Shown here one piece after another: positions 1 to 10,218 of a stretch of 35,821 nucleotides of DNA (positions within the stretch are counted from its first letter, which is position 1; each line of letters begins with the position of its first letter). The translations under genes were made by a program, and so were the position numbers. The notes below the pieces were generated by a model that had not been told where the DNA came from, searched no databases, and saw only the letters and a list, made by a program, of their open reading frames with translations. The DNA comes from a virus (lineage: Duplodnaviria; Caudoviricetes). The stretch is from the IMG/VR virus record IMGVR_UViG_3300025723_000103, positions 1 to 35,821 of that record; one strand, written 5' to 3'.

Positions 1-3000
1 GGAACTAGTCCGTAAATTACCAATTCATTCTGTTGAGTAAATGGTGCTACAAAATTAGAAACAGATGTTGTTAATGTTATTGTATTCAACGATACATCAG
101 CAATTTGATAGAAGCCTGCCAAATTAGCTACTTGTGCTAATCCTATGTAATCTCCCGATTTAAGAGGTACAATATTCTCGCACGTAATTATCAATATTTT
201 GTTAGCATAGGTAACATCAGTTACTCTAATTTTTAAATCTGTAAATCTATAAACATTCCACCCTGCATTATCAAAAGCTACCCAAACATATTGGCCGTTT
301 GACAATGTGGATATATTATAAGAAGTAATATCAGATAAATGTCCTAGACTAATAGTTACGTCAGTTTTATCTACATAACCTGCACTTCGCAATAGAGGCA
401 TTGGATTTTTTAGTACAGGGAAAGGAGTAGAATTATATCCTAGTGGCTTAACATATAGATCGTTAGGAGTTTTTTGTAAGATAAAACTATTAAGAGTATT
501 ATCAACTCTCGATGTTAAAACAAACCCTTGAGGATTATTTTTAACTTCAGACTGAGTTATTACTATTTCTAAATCTTCAAATGCGTTGGCAGCGCCGTAA
601 CGGCCTACACGTAATGCCCACTCTTCGTAGAATGTTAAACTTTCTTTTCTATCTGCTGTTAGAACACCGAATAGATGATTTAAAACATTTTGTGTTCCTT
701 TGTCTCGGATCATACCTTGATAAAATTTAAATTCACTAACTGAATCTTGAATAATATTGTCAAGATATTGACGTTTTTGGTATCCAACTAAATGCTGTGC
801 TAGTGTCTGTTGTGCTGTATCAACACTATCAACATCAAGGCTGTAAAAATCTGCAAACTGGGTTGCAATATTTGTCCAGTTAGGCAATATTTGAGGATTA
901 GGTTTTTTAGATAATTGAGACCAACTAGATGCTACAAAGGACGCTGTTCCTGCTGTAAATGTAATAGAGCTATAATAGTTTCCTTGATAGTTAATAATAT
1001 CTCCCATATTATAATCTTGCCAAGGTTGCCATACTGCTATCTGTGCTTGATCAAATATAAATCCAGGAATGTCTAGTCCGCCGTACCATCCATTGGTTAA
1101 ATATCCTGAAACTTTAATTCTGTCTCGTTTGTAGCCACTAGGTGGATTGTAGATCACATCATTAAACATGTCAACATTGTTAATAATAATAACATGTTCA
1201 TTTTGTATCAAATAGAAACTTGCACAGTATATGCCATCTGATGTTCGAGGACTGTAACTAATAGTGTTACCTTCTCTATAACTATCTAATTGACTTGGCT
1301 GTAACGGAGTTCCGTCAACTTTAAAAAATTCGTAATTGTTAAACGGATTACTGATATCATCAACTACAGTTAATTTAGTTGTAAATGTAATACCGTTAGC
1401 AGATGGACTCAAACTTATAACTCCGGCGCCAACATTGCTTAATCCAGGTAATGCTGTCCAATTTGCAAATTCAAAAATATTAGTTGTTGGCAAATTGTAA
1501 GATGCGCTGTAATATTCGCCATTATATTTTACTACTGATCCGTAAGGGTATGCTTGGTTGGGCAACCATTCACTCCAAGTATTTTGACCACTTGACCAAT
1601 TCTGTGTTGTCCAGAACATAAATTCTTTTGCGCTAGTTGACCAATTCGCCACTGATGCTAAATTGTTGTTAAATGTATCAAATATAAAACCTTGAGACAT
1701 TAACCACTGTTCGTAACCTAGTAAAAAGTCAACAACATCCTGGACTGAGGATAAGACTGTTCCGTATGGAAAATTAATCGTGGTTGAACGATCCCACGTT
1801 GTTCTAAATATTGCATCAACTCCGCCTACTAAAGGCAATGAGGTTAGTGCAACCACAGTAGCTATGTCAAATGTAGCTTCTGAAGTAAACGTAGATGTCG
1901 CTCTGTAATAAGTACTTCCGTTTTTAATTACTTGTCCAGTAATGTATTGTTGATTAGGAGTCCATGTAACATAACTTTCAGAAATTCCACCAACTTTAAC
2001 TAAGGTTCCGCCTGGATATGATTGATAGGCTTTAAAGTATGGTTGTGTTTTACTATAACCTTTTATTTCGTATCCATTGGCTATACGTGTAATAATTACA
2101 CCGCTATAGGTTAATTTTTGTGTTGGGCTAGATGTATTTAAAAATACAGTATAGTCTTCTGATGGGATGAAGACACTGCCGGTAGCTAATGGCGTTTTAC
2201 TTTCTAGTAATAAATTAAACTGATTTTGATTAGTAAATGCACCAACACGATAACTTAATTGTGGAGTTATATTTTCTAAATCAGATTTGTATGCGTTATA
2301 CGATACTAAGTTATTACTGAATACATAATTTAAAATTAAATCAATTACATAATTAACAATACCTGCGGTTTGTACTCGAGTTTTACTAGAATACACACTT
2401 GGCAATACAATATCCTTTGGTCTAATATGTAAACCTGTTTCGGTATAGATCAATTGGCCAGCTAGGTTTTTAGATATTCTCGATCTGTCAAGAAGTACAC
2501 CAAAAGATTTGGCAGGATTTAATAACATCGCTGTTATTAACACGCTGAATGGGAAATAACTACTTCTGCGCCAGGTAGCTTCAACCGGACCTATATCACC
2601 AAACACATAATTACCGCTAGTATTGGTAACAATCACACCATTTGCTAATCCACAATCTAAAGGACTAACCAGTAGACCTTCCTCATTAACTGGCAGGTGA
2701 TCTAGTAAAAATGGTCTTATATATTTTGTTAATGTCACTGCCGGAACGCCGGGTTCTCTTACAACACCGTTAGCAATATCTTTCCACATGATTAAATTAT
2801 CACTGGTATAGGGTGCAGGACCATATACACTAACCCACCAATTAGGACAAATACTAAAACCTAACATTTCCCAAGGACACAAATTAGGACGGTCAGTATC
2901 TAACATATATCGATAAATTCCTCTCCAATATCCCGGAATGGCGGTACCATCTGGAGCGGTATCAGCAGAATAGTTATAGGTAAGAGGATTGCTTCTATCG

Positions 3001-6000
3001 TAAGTCAATGGTAATGAAAAATCAACTCCTACAAGACTTGACCATTTATAAAAACTTGGAGCAAGTACTTGATTAAATTCTGCTAAACTGTAATCACTAG
3101 ATCTAGAGTAACCTGGTATAACATCGTGGATATCAAAAATCGTTGAGTCATACTTAACTTTAATATTATTAAAAATTCTAGTTTCTAATTCTAAAATTAG
3201 TGCATCTCTATAGTCACCATATGCTAATAACTGACTACCATCGTGTCCTTGTATCATCACTCGAGGAGTTACTAGAGTGGTATCGGTGTATATCTGTGGA
3301 GTATACGCTGGCCAAATTCCTAATTTAGTAGGAGTAGCTGGTACAAAACAACCATCGGTTGAGTCATATTCAACTGTTGTAATAGTATCACCTGTTAACA
3401 GTTTTACTGAAGAATCTATTACAACCATTGCCTGATTACTAAATGTATAATCTCTTCCATGAATCAGTTGTGTTTTTACCCCATTAGATGTCCAATATAC
3501 TCCAACTGCTTTATTTGATAACGTATCTAAACTAAACACTGTAGACAATGGGTAAGTTCTAATTCTATAATCAACAACTGCTAAATTTGTCGTAATATTA
3601 GCACCGTATGGTACCATGTCGCTGAAATAGTACGGAGCAGTATTTGGTTTGTTTGCATTTATTTTTTGTAAGACTAGATCTGTAATAGTTGCAGGATCAC
3701 CATCGACTCCTAAAGAACTTGCAGTTACAATAAAGTTTCTTTTAAATGTTCCATAGTCGTCTCTGCTAGTTTCAATAGCCTTGACGATGTTGTTTGACTC
3801 AGAAGTTATATGATATATTCCAAGACTCAATGGTCCACTATGTTGTACAAATTTAGTGCCGTACTGCGTAATGTTACCAATATCACGAATATTTGCTGTT
3901 GAGCTATCTATATTTTCTACAATAGAATTTAAATGTGCAGAAACTTCGCCTAGCGTAAATGTACCTATCGCATCATTTAAAGGATTATTTTGTAAATTTA
4001 ACGGAATTTCGTAGAACCCATTACTATTAATAGGTTGTGCCGCAAATGTTCTAATAGTCAGAACATCTGTTAGCAATATAGGAGTGTTTAATACTATTTT
4101 ATAGTGTACTGAGTCTGCTGTAACAGAATAATGTGTACTATTTAAAAATACACCGTTAATATAAACTTTAATTGATAAATCTGAAAGATTAGTAATGTCA
4201 TCAAATATATCGATACTGAAATTATTAGTTAATCCAGAATTTTTATAAATTCTAACACCTGCTTGTACATGTTTTGTTTTGCAGATTTGCCAACCGTTAA
4301 CATACACAGTATTACCACCGTAATCTAATGTAGACAAATACCCAACATCAACTGCTTTTGTTAACACAGAAGTTGAAGTCTTATATTGAAATACATCTGT
4401 TGCAAGAGTAAAGTCAAAAACAATATCTCCAATATTACTAACATTCTGATAGCTTAATGGAAATCCTAATACAGTATCGTTAGAACCTGTTCCAACTTTA
4501 TAAGAAAATATAGTAGTTCCTAAAAATGTTGAACCGTTATAAACAGAAGTATCACTATAACTAATTCCACTACTATCTACAACATCAAACAATGGGGGTT
4601 GGTTAGTTGTTAATTTTTGTTGCCCGACTATCCAGGTTGACCCATTATACCAATATGTTTTACTTTGATTAATTTTACCTTGCAAAATAGTGGTTGTTTG
4701 ATTAAATGTCGGAACAGCAACTTCTACCAATCGAATTTGTCGACGACCTTGAATATTAACAAATGTAACTTTGTAGATGTTATTTTTTACAAGAGGATCT
4801 AGATCAGCTGTAAAAATTACATTCATACCTTCAGATAATTGAACGCCGTCAATATTATAACCCAATGAACCTTCAACTGATAAAAATGCATTTGAAGTAA
4901 AAGTATCGATTAAATCTACATCATCTATTGCAGTTGTTCCAAAATTAAATAATTTCAAATCTGCTTCAAATTCTATAATAGGTCTAACTGCTCGAGCAGA
5001 TTGATCTAATGACGGTGTATCACCGTTTGCAACAATAGATGCATTTATAACATCTTTGTGAAACCATCTGTTGTATCGTGCCCATGGATTATGATCTCGA
5101 CTGGCTCTATTAACTACAATATAGTCAGGGGTTGATGCAAATCCCGATGCATCACTAAATGGTTCAGCATCAAACGGTATTGAATCAAATTGGATTTGTT
5201 CGCTACTTGTATAGGGATTTACTATTTCTAAAATACTTGTAGGTATTAATTTAATAGAAGAGCCTACACCTTCAACATAGTATGTACCAGTAGCGTACAA
5301 TTCTGGAGTAACGTTTCCTGAAAATGCAACTTTCATTCCGTTGCTTAAAGAGATACCGCTGGTAAGAGTGTACGTATTTTTTCCAAGAATATCAGATGTA
5401 ACATTTAAACTTGATGCACTATTAATATCAAAAATTTCAATAACGCCACCTAAGTTAATATCTGTTTCGCTTTGATAAAATAATACAGACGGTGCATTGT
5501 TTGGAACTGTAAATGTAATGTTTCCAAGTTCGACACCATTAGAACTTATACCTGAAATATTATAGCGATTACGAATATCAACAGATCGAGCCGTCATGAA
5601 ACTAAATGGATTGCCGGGACTGTTGATCTTAAAAGTATATGTTTGTCCTCTATACAATTTTAAAGTAGGATTTAAAGTTAGACCGTCTGGGGTAAACAAA
5701 TATTCATTGGTATTTCCTTCAGATTGTATTTCTACTGTGTATGTACTTGCTACATTTGTAGACTGACCATGAATTGTAATAATATCAGGACCGTAAGGCA
5801 ACCAATAATAATTCTGAAAATTAACAAATTTATCCCAGTCAATGTGCGGATCCCAAGAATACATTTCTTGAGTGTTTAGACGAGCATGGTTAGCAGTATT
5901 ACCACCAAACACATTTAATTGATTTATATAATCAATGTAATCTTTAAAAAACGTTACATTACCTAATACATCCTGGACAACCATTCCAGGTTCTAGTTGA

Positions 6001-6224
6001 TAATTTTGGCGTGTTTGATCGGCAGCCTGCACATAAACATCTTCACCAGTGGCGGCTTTTGCATTTTCGCGTCCAATAAATCCGCTAGTTTTTGTAACTG
6101 TACCTTTTTGATACAGCTGATCAATTGTTGATTGAAGGAATTTTTTGTTAGCTGAAGTTTGATAAAAGTCAGGTAAAAAGTTTACACTTAGCCCTGCTCC
6201 AGTTGGGATATTACTATTAGCCAT
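1..6224 (-). CDS. Very large virion structural protein (baseplate/tail associated), >2070 aa, 3' end outside the window
   Basis: Absent from the ORF track because it runs off the left edge. ATG at 6224-6222 overlaps the TAA of the gp6-like gene (TAATG). Starts MANSNIPTGAGLSVNFLPDFYQTSANKKFLQSTIDQLYQKG. The same frame gives coherent protein at spot checks near 1964, 1568 and 1031 (not every codon was checked). Contains three W-x-P-x3-Y-x2-G-x2-V/I-x5-YY repeats. Confidence 0.85.
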   Translation of the reverse strand, partial: MANSNIPTGAGLSVNFLPDFYQTSANKKFLQSTIDQLYQKGTVTKTSGFIGRENAKAATGEDVYVQAADQTRQNYQLEPGMVVQDVLGNVTFFKDYIDYINQLNVFGGNTANHARLNTQEMYSWDPHIDWDKFVNFQNYYWLPYGPDIITIHGQSTNVASTYTVEIQSEGNTNEYLFTPDGLTLNPTLKLYRGQTYTFKINSPGNPFSFMTARSVDIRNRYNISGISSNGVELGNITFTVPNNAPSVLFYQSETDINLGGVIEIFDINSASSLNVTSDILGKNTYTLTSGISLSNGMKVAFSGNVTPELYATGTYYVEGVGSSIKLIPTSILEIVNPYTSSEQIQFDSIPFDAEPFSDASGFASTPDYIVVNRASRDHNPWARYNRWFHKDVINASIVANGDTPSLDQSARAVRPIIEFEADLKLFNFGTTAIDDVDLIDTFTSNAFLSVEGSLGYNIDGVQLSEGMNVIFTADLDPLVKNNIYKVTFVNIQGRRQIRLVEVAVPTFNQTTTILQGKINQSKTYWYNGSTWIVGQQKLTTNQPPLFDVVDSSGISYSDTSVYNGSTFLGTTIFSYKVGTGSNDTVLGFPLSYQNVSNIGDIVFDFTLATDVFQYKTSTSVLTKAVDVGYLSTLDYGGNTVYVNGWQICKTKHVQAGVRIYKNSGLTNNFSIDIFDDITNLSDLSIKVYINGVFLNSTHYSVTADSVHYKIVLNTPILLTDVLTIRTFAAQPINSNGFYEIPLNLQNNPLNDAIGTFTLGEVSAHLNSIVENIDSSTANIRDIGNITQYGTKFVQHSGPLSLGIYHITSESNNIVKAIETSRDDYGTFKRNFIVTASSLGVDGDPATITDLVLQKINANKPNTAPYYFSDMVPYGANITTNLAVVDYRIRTYPLSTVFSLDTLSNKAVGVYWTSNGVKTQLIHGRDYTFSNQAMVVIDSSVKLLTGDTITTVEYDSTDGCFVPATPTKLGIWPAYTPQIYTDTTLVTPRVMIQGHDGSQLLAYGDYRDALILELETRIFNNIKVKYDSTIFDIHDVIPGYSRSSDYSLAEFNQVLAPSFYKWSSLVGVDFSLPLTYDRSNPLTYNYSADTAPDGTAIPGYWRGIYRYMLDTDRPNLCPWEMLGFSICPNWWVSVYGPAPYTSDNLIMWKDIANGVVREPGVPAVTLTKYIRPFLLDHLPVNEEGLLVSPLDCGLANGVIVTNTSGNYVFGDIGPVEATWRRSSYFPFSVLITAMLLNPAKSFGVLLDRSRISKNLAGQLIYTETGLHIRPKDIVLPSVYSSKTRVQTAGIVNYVIDLILNYVFSNNLVSYNAYKSDLENITPQLSYRVGAFTNQNQFNLLLESKTPLATGSVFIPSEDYTVFLNTSSPTQKLTYSGVIITRIANGYEIKGYSKTQPYFKAYQSYPGGTLVKVGGISESYVTWTPNQQYITGQVIKNGSTYYRATSTFTSEATFDIATVVALTSLPLVGGVDAIFRTTWDRSTTINFPYGTVLSSVQDVVDFLLGYEQWLMSQGFIFDTFNNNLASVANWSTSAKEFMFWTTQNWSSGQNTWSEWLPNQAYPYGSVVKYNGEYYSASYNLPTTNIFEFANWTALPGLSNVGAGVISLSPSANGITFTTKLTVVDDISNPFNNYEFFKVDGTPLQPSQLDSYREGNTISYSPRTSDGIYCASFYLIQNEHVIIINNVDMFNDVIYNPPSGYKRDRIKVSGYLTNGWYGGLDIPGFIFDQAQIAVWQPWQDYNMGDIINYQGNYYSSITFTAGTASFVASSWSQLSKKPNPQILPNWTNIATQFADFYSLDVDSVDTAQQTLAQHLVGYQKRQYLDNIIQDSVSEFKFYQGMIRDKGTQNVLNHLFGVLTADRKESLTFYEEWALRVGRYGAANAFEDLEIVITQSEVKNNPQGFVLTSRVDNTLNSFILQKTPNDLYVKPLGYNSTPFPVLKNPMPLLRSAGYVDKTDVTISLGHLSDITSYNISTLSNGQYVWVAFDNAGWNVYRFTDLKIRVTDVTYANKILIITCENIVPLKSGDYIGLAQVANLAGFYQIADVSLNTITLTTSVSNFVAPFTQQNELVIYGLV

Positions 6225-9200
6225 TAACTATTTGCCCCGTAATTTGCGCTGGTTATTTGTTGGTTGCTTGCCGCAGTTGCTAGTGCGGCGCCTGTTACTG
6301 TTTTAAGATTAGTTGGTGTTAATCCGGATACAACACGTATGTTGTTAGCCGTAGCACAACTCAAAAATATTGAATTGCTAGGGCATTGTATTTCAAATAG
6401 ACTTCCAAAATATTGTCCTGTCTGTGTTGGTACAATTACAAACGCAATAATATCAGGTGCTAGTTTTTGCATTACGTAAGTTGACAACTCTGTAAAATAG
6501 AATGTATCTCCAAAGTCCCAGTTAGTTAACGCAAAGAATTGATTTATTGCAATAACAATTCTTGAAATGACATTTGCACTTGATGCTGTAGAACTAGGAT
6601 TTATCATCACTTCAAATGTTGCTTGCAAACTTGGATCAGCCTGTGCTCCAAATAACAATACATAATTTACAGGATGATAAACAATTTCATCGCTGATAGA
6701 TTTAATTAAATTTAAACTAGGCGACAATAATGTATTCAATTCGTCCGAGCTTGGAGGAAGAGGTTGACTACCATCATTAAGAGCACCATTGATTATCCAT
6801 TGTCTAAATGAAGTATCATAGTCTTGTGTTAGTATGTATACATCCATTATATTGCTTGAACCTGGATCAATGCGACTGTCGTAGTCTGCACTATGAGTAT
6901 ATTGGAATCGTAAATTGCTTCTTCCAGCGTATACTTTATAATCTAGAGTCGGATTCAATGCTCCGTTAAGATATTGTTCAACTGTTTGTGTATCTACAAA
7001 ATAAAAGTATTGACCGTTGGTCCATTTTGTCAAAGGATAAACAGAATTATATGTTGACAGTATGATTACTGGGCCATTAGCTGAATCGTTAGTAACATAT
7101 TTGTAGTCTTCCTGTCCTAGAGATATTTCATATTTTTGTTCTACAACATATCTAGTTAACGGTTCTACGTCAACTGTTGGATATACAATGTCAGTAAACA
7201 TCTGTGGATTATCAACTACACCCGAATCTGTAGGATCTGAGAATGTTATAACAATTTTTTTAGGATCAATATAACCGTCTTGACCAATGTACTCGCTAAC
7301 AATTTGCCAATTATAGTTAACACTAAATGAATTGTTAGAAGGATATGGTTGCGTATTAATATTTAGAATTTTTACAGTATCGGAAATAGTATTGCTTGAA
7401 ATGGTGTCATAAATTTTAGTATTACCATTAAAATAAAAAGTAAGTTCAGCATCACTTTCAAATACATATCTTAAAGCTCGTGTTGTAATTGTATATGTTT
7501 CTGTATCAGTGGTGAACAATAAAAACCAACTAGCATCTCTTTGAGTGCTGGTTGTATCACCTTGATAATCTAAACTAAATCCGCCAGATGAATTAACATT
7601 GTTTTCAAATACAATTTGCCAGCTTTGAGTTGGTGCATCATAACGTAATCCAAAAGATGCGTTTGCTAACACTAAATCAATTATCTGAGTCTGAACACTA
7701 GATAACAATGATGTAGAAAATTCCGGAATAATTGATATCAGTTGTGAATTAGCTGGAACTGCTTTACTTAACACAATAGGGCCTGCTCCTGAAGCAAGCA
7801 CACCAGTATTGTTTGCTGTACCATCTCCCGATACACTGATTACTCTTGCCCAAATATAAGACATTCCGCCTGGTGGTATAATTCCCGATGCTGGAATATT
7901 AGCCAATGAGTTGTTTGCATTAGTGTTAAAGTACTTGCCTGATGGTGCTACAAATTTAATAGTTGCGCCTTGCGTTATATAAATTAAATCAGTTGAAGTG
8001 TATCCTGGACCAATTTTTTGTGGTGAGCCGTCTGAAATGTTCTGTACATATCCTGTTGATTGATTGCTATCCGATGTTACGCTGTTCCATGATACTGTCA
8101 ACCCCGGAGCAATGACATTTAAGAAATTTTGATAATAAAAATTTCGAACATTTGGATCTTCAAGTATAGGCTGGACAACATTATTAATTACACCCTGTAT
8201 ATCAAGCTGTGTTACATAGGTAAAAGTTGTACCAGTTTCGTACACTTGTTGGTATATAATACCGTCATCGGCAAATAGATTTGTTGTGCTATATTTGCCA
8301 GTAGGATCAGTTAGATCAAAATAACGACTGATACCACTACTAGATCTGTTTATCGATTTTACTTTTAAAACTTGAAGATTTGCACTAAGAGGACTGATAT
8401 TATAATCCTCACCTGTGATCATTCTGTTTTGTGTATAATAAGTTTGAGGTGCGTTTTGCTGAACGCTGGCATTTGATTCAGATGCCGTGGCGTTAATTAC
8501 CGAGCTAGCTAAGTTTAATGTAACCGTTAGTGTTTCAGTTGTATTGTTAGCAGATACATAAGGAATATTAATTGATACACTGGTGATATCACTAGGATTA
8601 ATTATGTAGGTTGATCCAACACTCACACGGTAATAGACTCTAAAATTACCTAATGGTAGTTGTCCAAATGTGCCGTCTGCAAAATTCAATGTTATTGAAT
8701 CATTTGCTTGAGTAGTAACGCTGTAAATAGTTTGAATATTTTCATTTAAACTATTATAGATAATATTGTTTCCAGTCAATGCAGGAACTTGTTTCCATAA
8801 CACACTTTCATTGCCATTTTTATCTAATTGCCATACCCATATATCTGTATTGTTAATATTGTGTGATGCTAGATTAATAGTTTCATTACTGCTAGGATTA
8901 GTAACTGTAAAAGAACCTTGATTCAATGTACCTTGTGTAAAATTAAAAAAGAAACCAGTACCTGCACTACCCGCACCATACCCGTCATCTTTGTATATAC
9001 AGGCTACTTGGTTACTTGACTTAGGTGGCTCTTCATATATGTAACTTTCACCATTAAAAGTAGTGCTAGTAACTTCAAACGGCATCGATTGGCCAGCTAC
9101 TGTTTTAGTAAAGGCATATATCGGAATACTAGTAGTGTTTGAATTAAATCTATACTGAGCTGTCGGTACGTTATAAATTGTTGATTGATCTAAAGGTGTT

Positions 9201-9712
9201 CCAAATTGTTGCTGTTGTGGGAACGCCGCATTTAATATTTTAATAAACTGATCGTGCCAATTATGATTACTAGGATCATTCCAAGAAACAATTTGTCCTG
9301 ATAAATTTAGTCCGTTACTGTCAATAACATTTTCAGTTGTACTTACTGTGCTGAATTTCAATAGCCCAGTTGCGGCTTGATTTCTGTTGGCATTGTAGCC
9401 AACTAATCGTGCTAGTCTTAAAATACTATCACGACGTTCGGCTGTTTCTAAAAAGTTTTCACGAGCATTTAAGTCAACACGGAAAGCTATGCTTTGGCCC
9501 ACGAACGCAATAAGGTCGATTAGGGCAAGGTATTCGCTAGACTCGATATAATCGTTAAAATCTTCTGGGAAATTAGTACGGATATAATCAATCATTGTGC
9601 GACGCAAGTTATCAAAATCATAACTTGTGAAGTCTGCGTTTTTAAATGATTGGTATACTTTTTGCCAATCTTCAGCTAATAAAAGATTATTCTGTCTGCT
9701 TGTTGAACTCAT
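6224..9712 (-). CDS. gp6: Baseplate wedge subunit, T4 gp6-like (1162 aa)
   Basis: N-terminal DFTSYDFDNLRRTMIDY...FNDYIESSE...ARENFLETAERRDSILRLARLVGY and the central ESNASVQQNAP...QNRMITGEDY motif match the gp6/baseplate-J family. Lies next to the gp25-like gene. Confidence 0.88.
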   Translation of the reverse strand: MSSTSRQNNLLLAEDWQKVYQSFKNADFTSYDFDNLRRTMIDYIRTNFPEDFNDYIESSEYLALIDLIAFVGQSIAFRVDLNARENFLETAERRDSILRLARLVGYNANRNQAATGLLKFSTVSTTENVIDSNGLNLSGQIVSWNDPSNHNWHDQFIKILNAAFPQQQQFGTPLDQSTIYNVPTAQYRFNSNTTSIPIYAFTKTVAGQSMPFEVTSTTFNGESYIYEEPPKSSNQVACIYKDDGYGAGSAGTGFFFNFTQGTLNQGSFTVTNPSSNETINLASHNINNTDIWVWQLDKNGNESVLWKQVPALTGNNIIYNSLNENIQTIYSVTTQANDSITLNFADGTFGQLPLGNFRVYYRVSVGSTYIINPSDITSVSINIPYVSANNTTETLTVTLNLASSVINATASESNASVQQNAPQTYYTQNRMITGEDYNISPLSANLQVLKVKSINRSSSGISRYFDLTDPTGKYSTTNLFADDGIIYQQVYETGTTFTYVTQLDIQGVINNVVQPILEDPNVRNFYYQNFLNVIAPGLTVSWNSVTSDSNQSTGYVQNISDGSPQKIGPGYTSTDLIYITQGATIKFVAPSGKYFNTNANNSLANIPASGIIPPGGMSYIWARVISVSGDGTANNTGVLASGAGPIVLSKAVPANSQLISIIPEFSTSLLSSVQTQIIDLVLANASFGLRYDAPTQSWQIVFENNVNSSGGFSLDYQGDTTSTQRDASWFLLFTTDTETYTITTRALRYVFESDAELTFYFNGNTKIYDTISSNTISDTVKILNINTQPYPSNNSFSVNYNWQIVSEYIGQDGYIDPKKIVITFSDPTDSGVVDNPQMFTDIVYPTVDVEPLTRYVVEQKYEISLGQEDYKYVTNDSANGPVIILSTYNSVYPLTKWTNGQYFYFVDTQTVEQYLNGALNPTLDYKVYAGRSNLRFQYTHSADYDSRIDPGSSNIMDVYILTQDYDTSFRQWIINGALNDGSQPLPPSSDELNTLLSPSLNLIKSISDEIVYHPVNYVLLFGAQADPSLQATFEVMINPSSTASSANVISRIVIAINQFFALTNWDFGDTFYFTELSTYVMQKLAPDIIAFVIVPTQTGQYFGSLFEIQCPSNSIFLSCATANNIRVVSGLTPTNLKTVTGAALATAASNQQITSANYGANS

Positions 9713-9730
9713 GATTTGTCCTAATAAGTG

Positions 9731-9765
9731 TATTTATTAGATAAAATTATGTGCGTATTTTATAA
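9731..9765 (-). promoter_or_regulatory. Putative late promoter for gp6 (TACGCA-N15-TAAATA)
   Basis: Minus strand reads TTATAAAATACGCACATAATTTTATCTAATAAATA. It carries a T4-late-like TAAATA box, and 9746-9765 is 19/20 identical to 15489-15508. Confidence 0.65.
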
Positions 9766-10209
9766 AGTTAGCGTAGAAGATGACAATCCATTAGATTGAT
9801 CAAACTTTAATTGTAGGTTTTCTTGCAGGTTATACGGGGTAAATTTTAAAGAAAACTCTACTTGTAATCCATTATCATATTGTGTAATTGTCACATTACT
9901 TGCCTGTACCCTAGGATCAGCATTAACAATCGCTTCAACATTTTGTGTAATAAGAGATTGTATTTGTGGAGTTAACGGTTCAAACAGCAAGTCCCAAATG
10001 ATACAACCTATCGTAGGTTGCATTAATCGTTCTCCCTGACGAACGTAAAAACTATTGAGCAAATCTTGTTTGATTAACTCAAAATCGTATAGTTTAAAAT
10101 TTTGAGTAGTGGTATTTACTGTACTAAAACCTTTGTAAATTTGTGTAACTGGTTGAGATAATGCATTTTGACCTGTAATAGTAATGTTATTGTATAGTGT
10201 AGTAGGCAT
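9760..10209 (-). CDS. gp25: Baseplate wedge / sheath-initiator protein, gp25-like
   Basis: YKGFST...D.ELIKQDLLN.F..RQGERLMQPTIGCIIWDLLFEPL...DPRV is the GPW/gp25 family pattern. 149 aa. Confidence 0.92.
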   Translation of the reverse strand: MPTTLYNNITITGQNALSQPVTQIYKGFSTVNTTTQNFKLYDFELIKQDLLNSFYVRQGERLMQPTIGCIIWDLLFEPLTPQIQSLITQNVEAIVNADPRVQASNVTITQYDNGLQVEFSLKFTPYNLQENLQLKFDQSNGLSSSTLTL

Positions 10210-10218
10210 GCTTGCTCC

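Noticed and set aside
9738-9766. Plus-strand sigma70-like TAGATA-N17-TATAAA antisense to gp25
   Set aside because: A poor match in both boxes, and likely a by-product of the 20-bp motif shared with 15489-15508.
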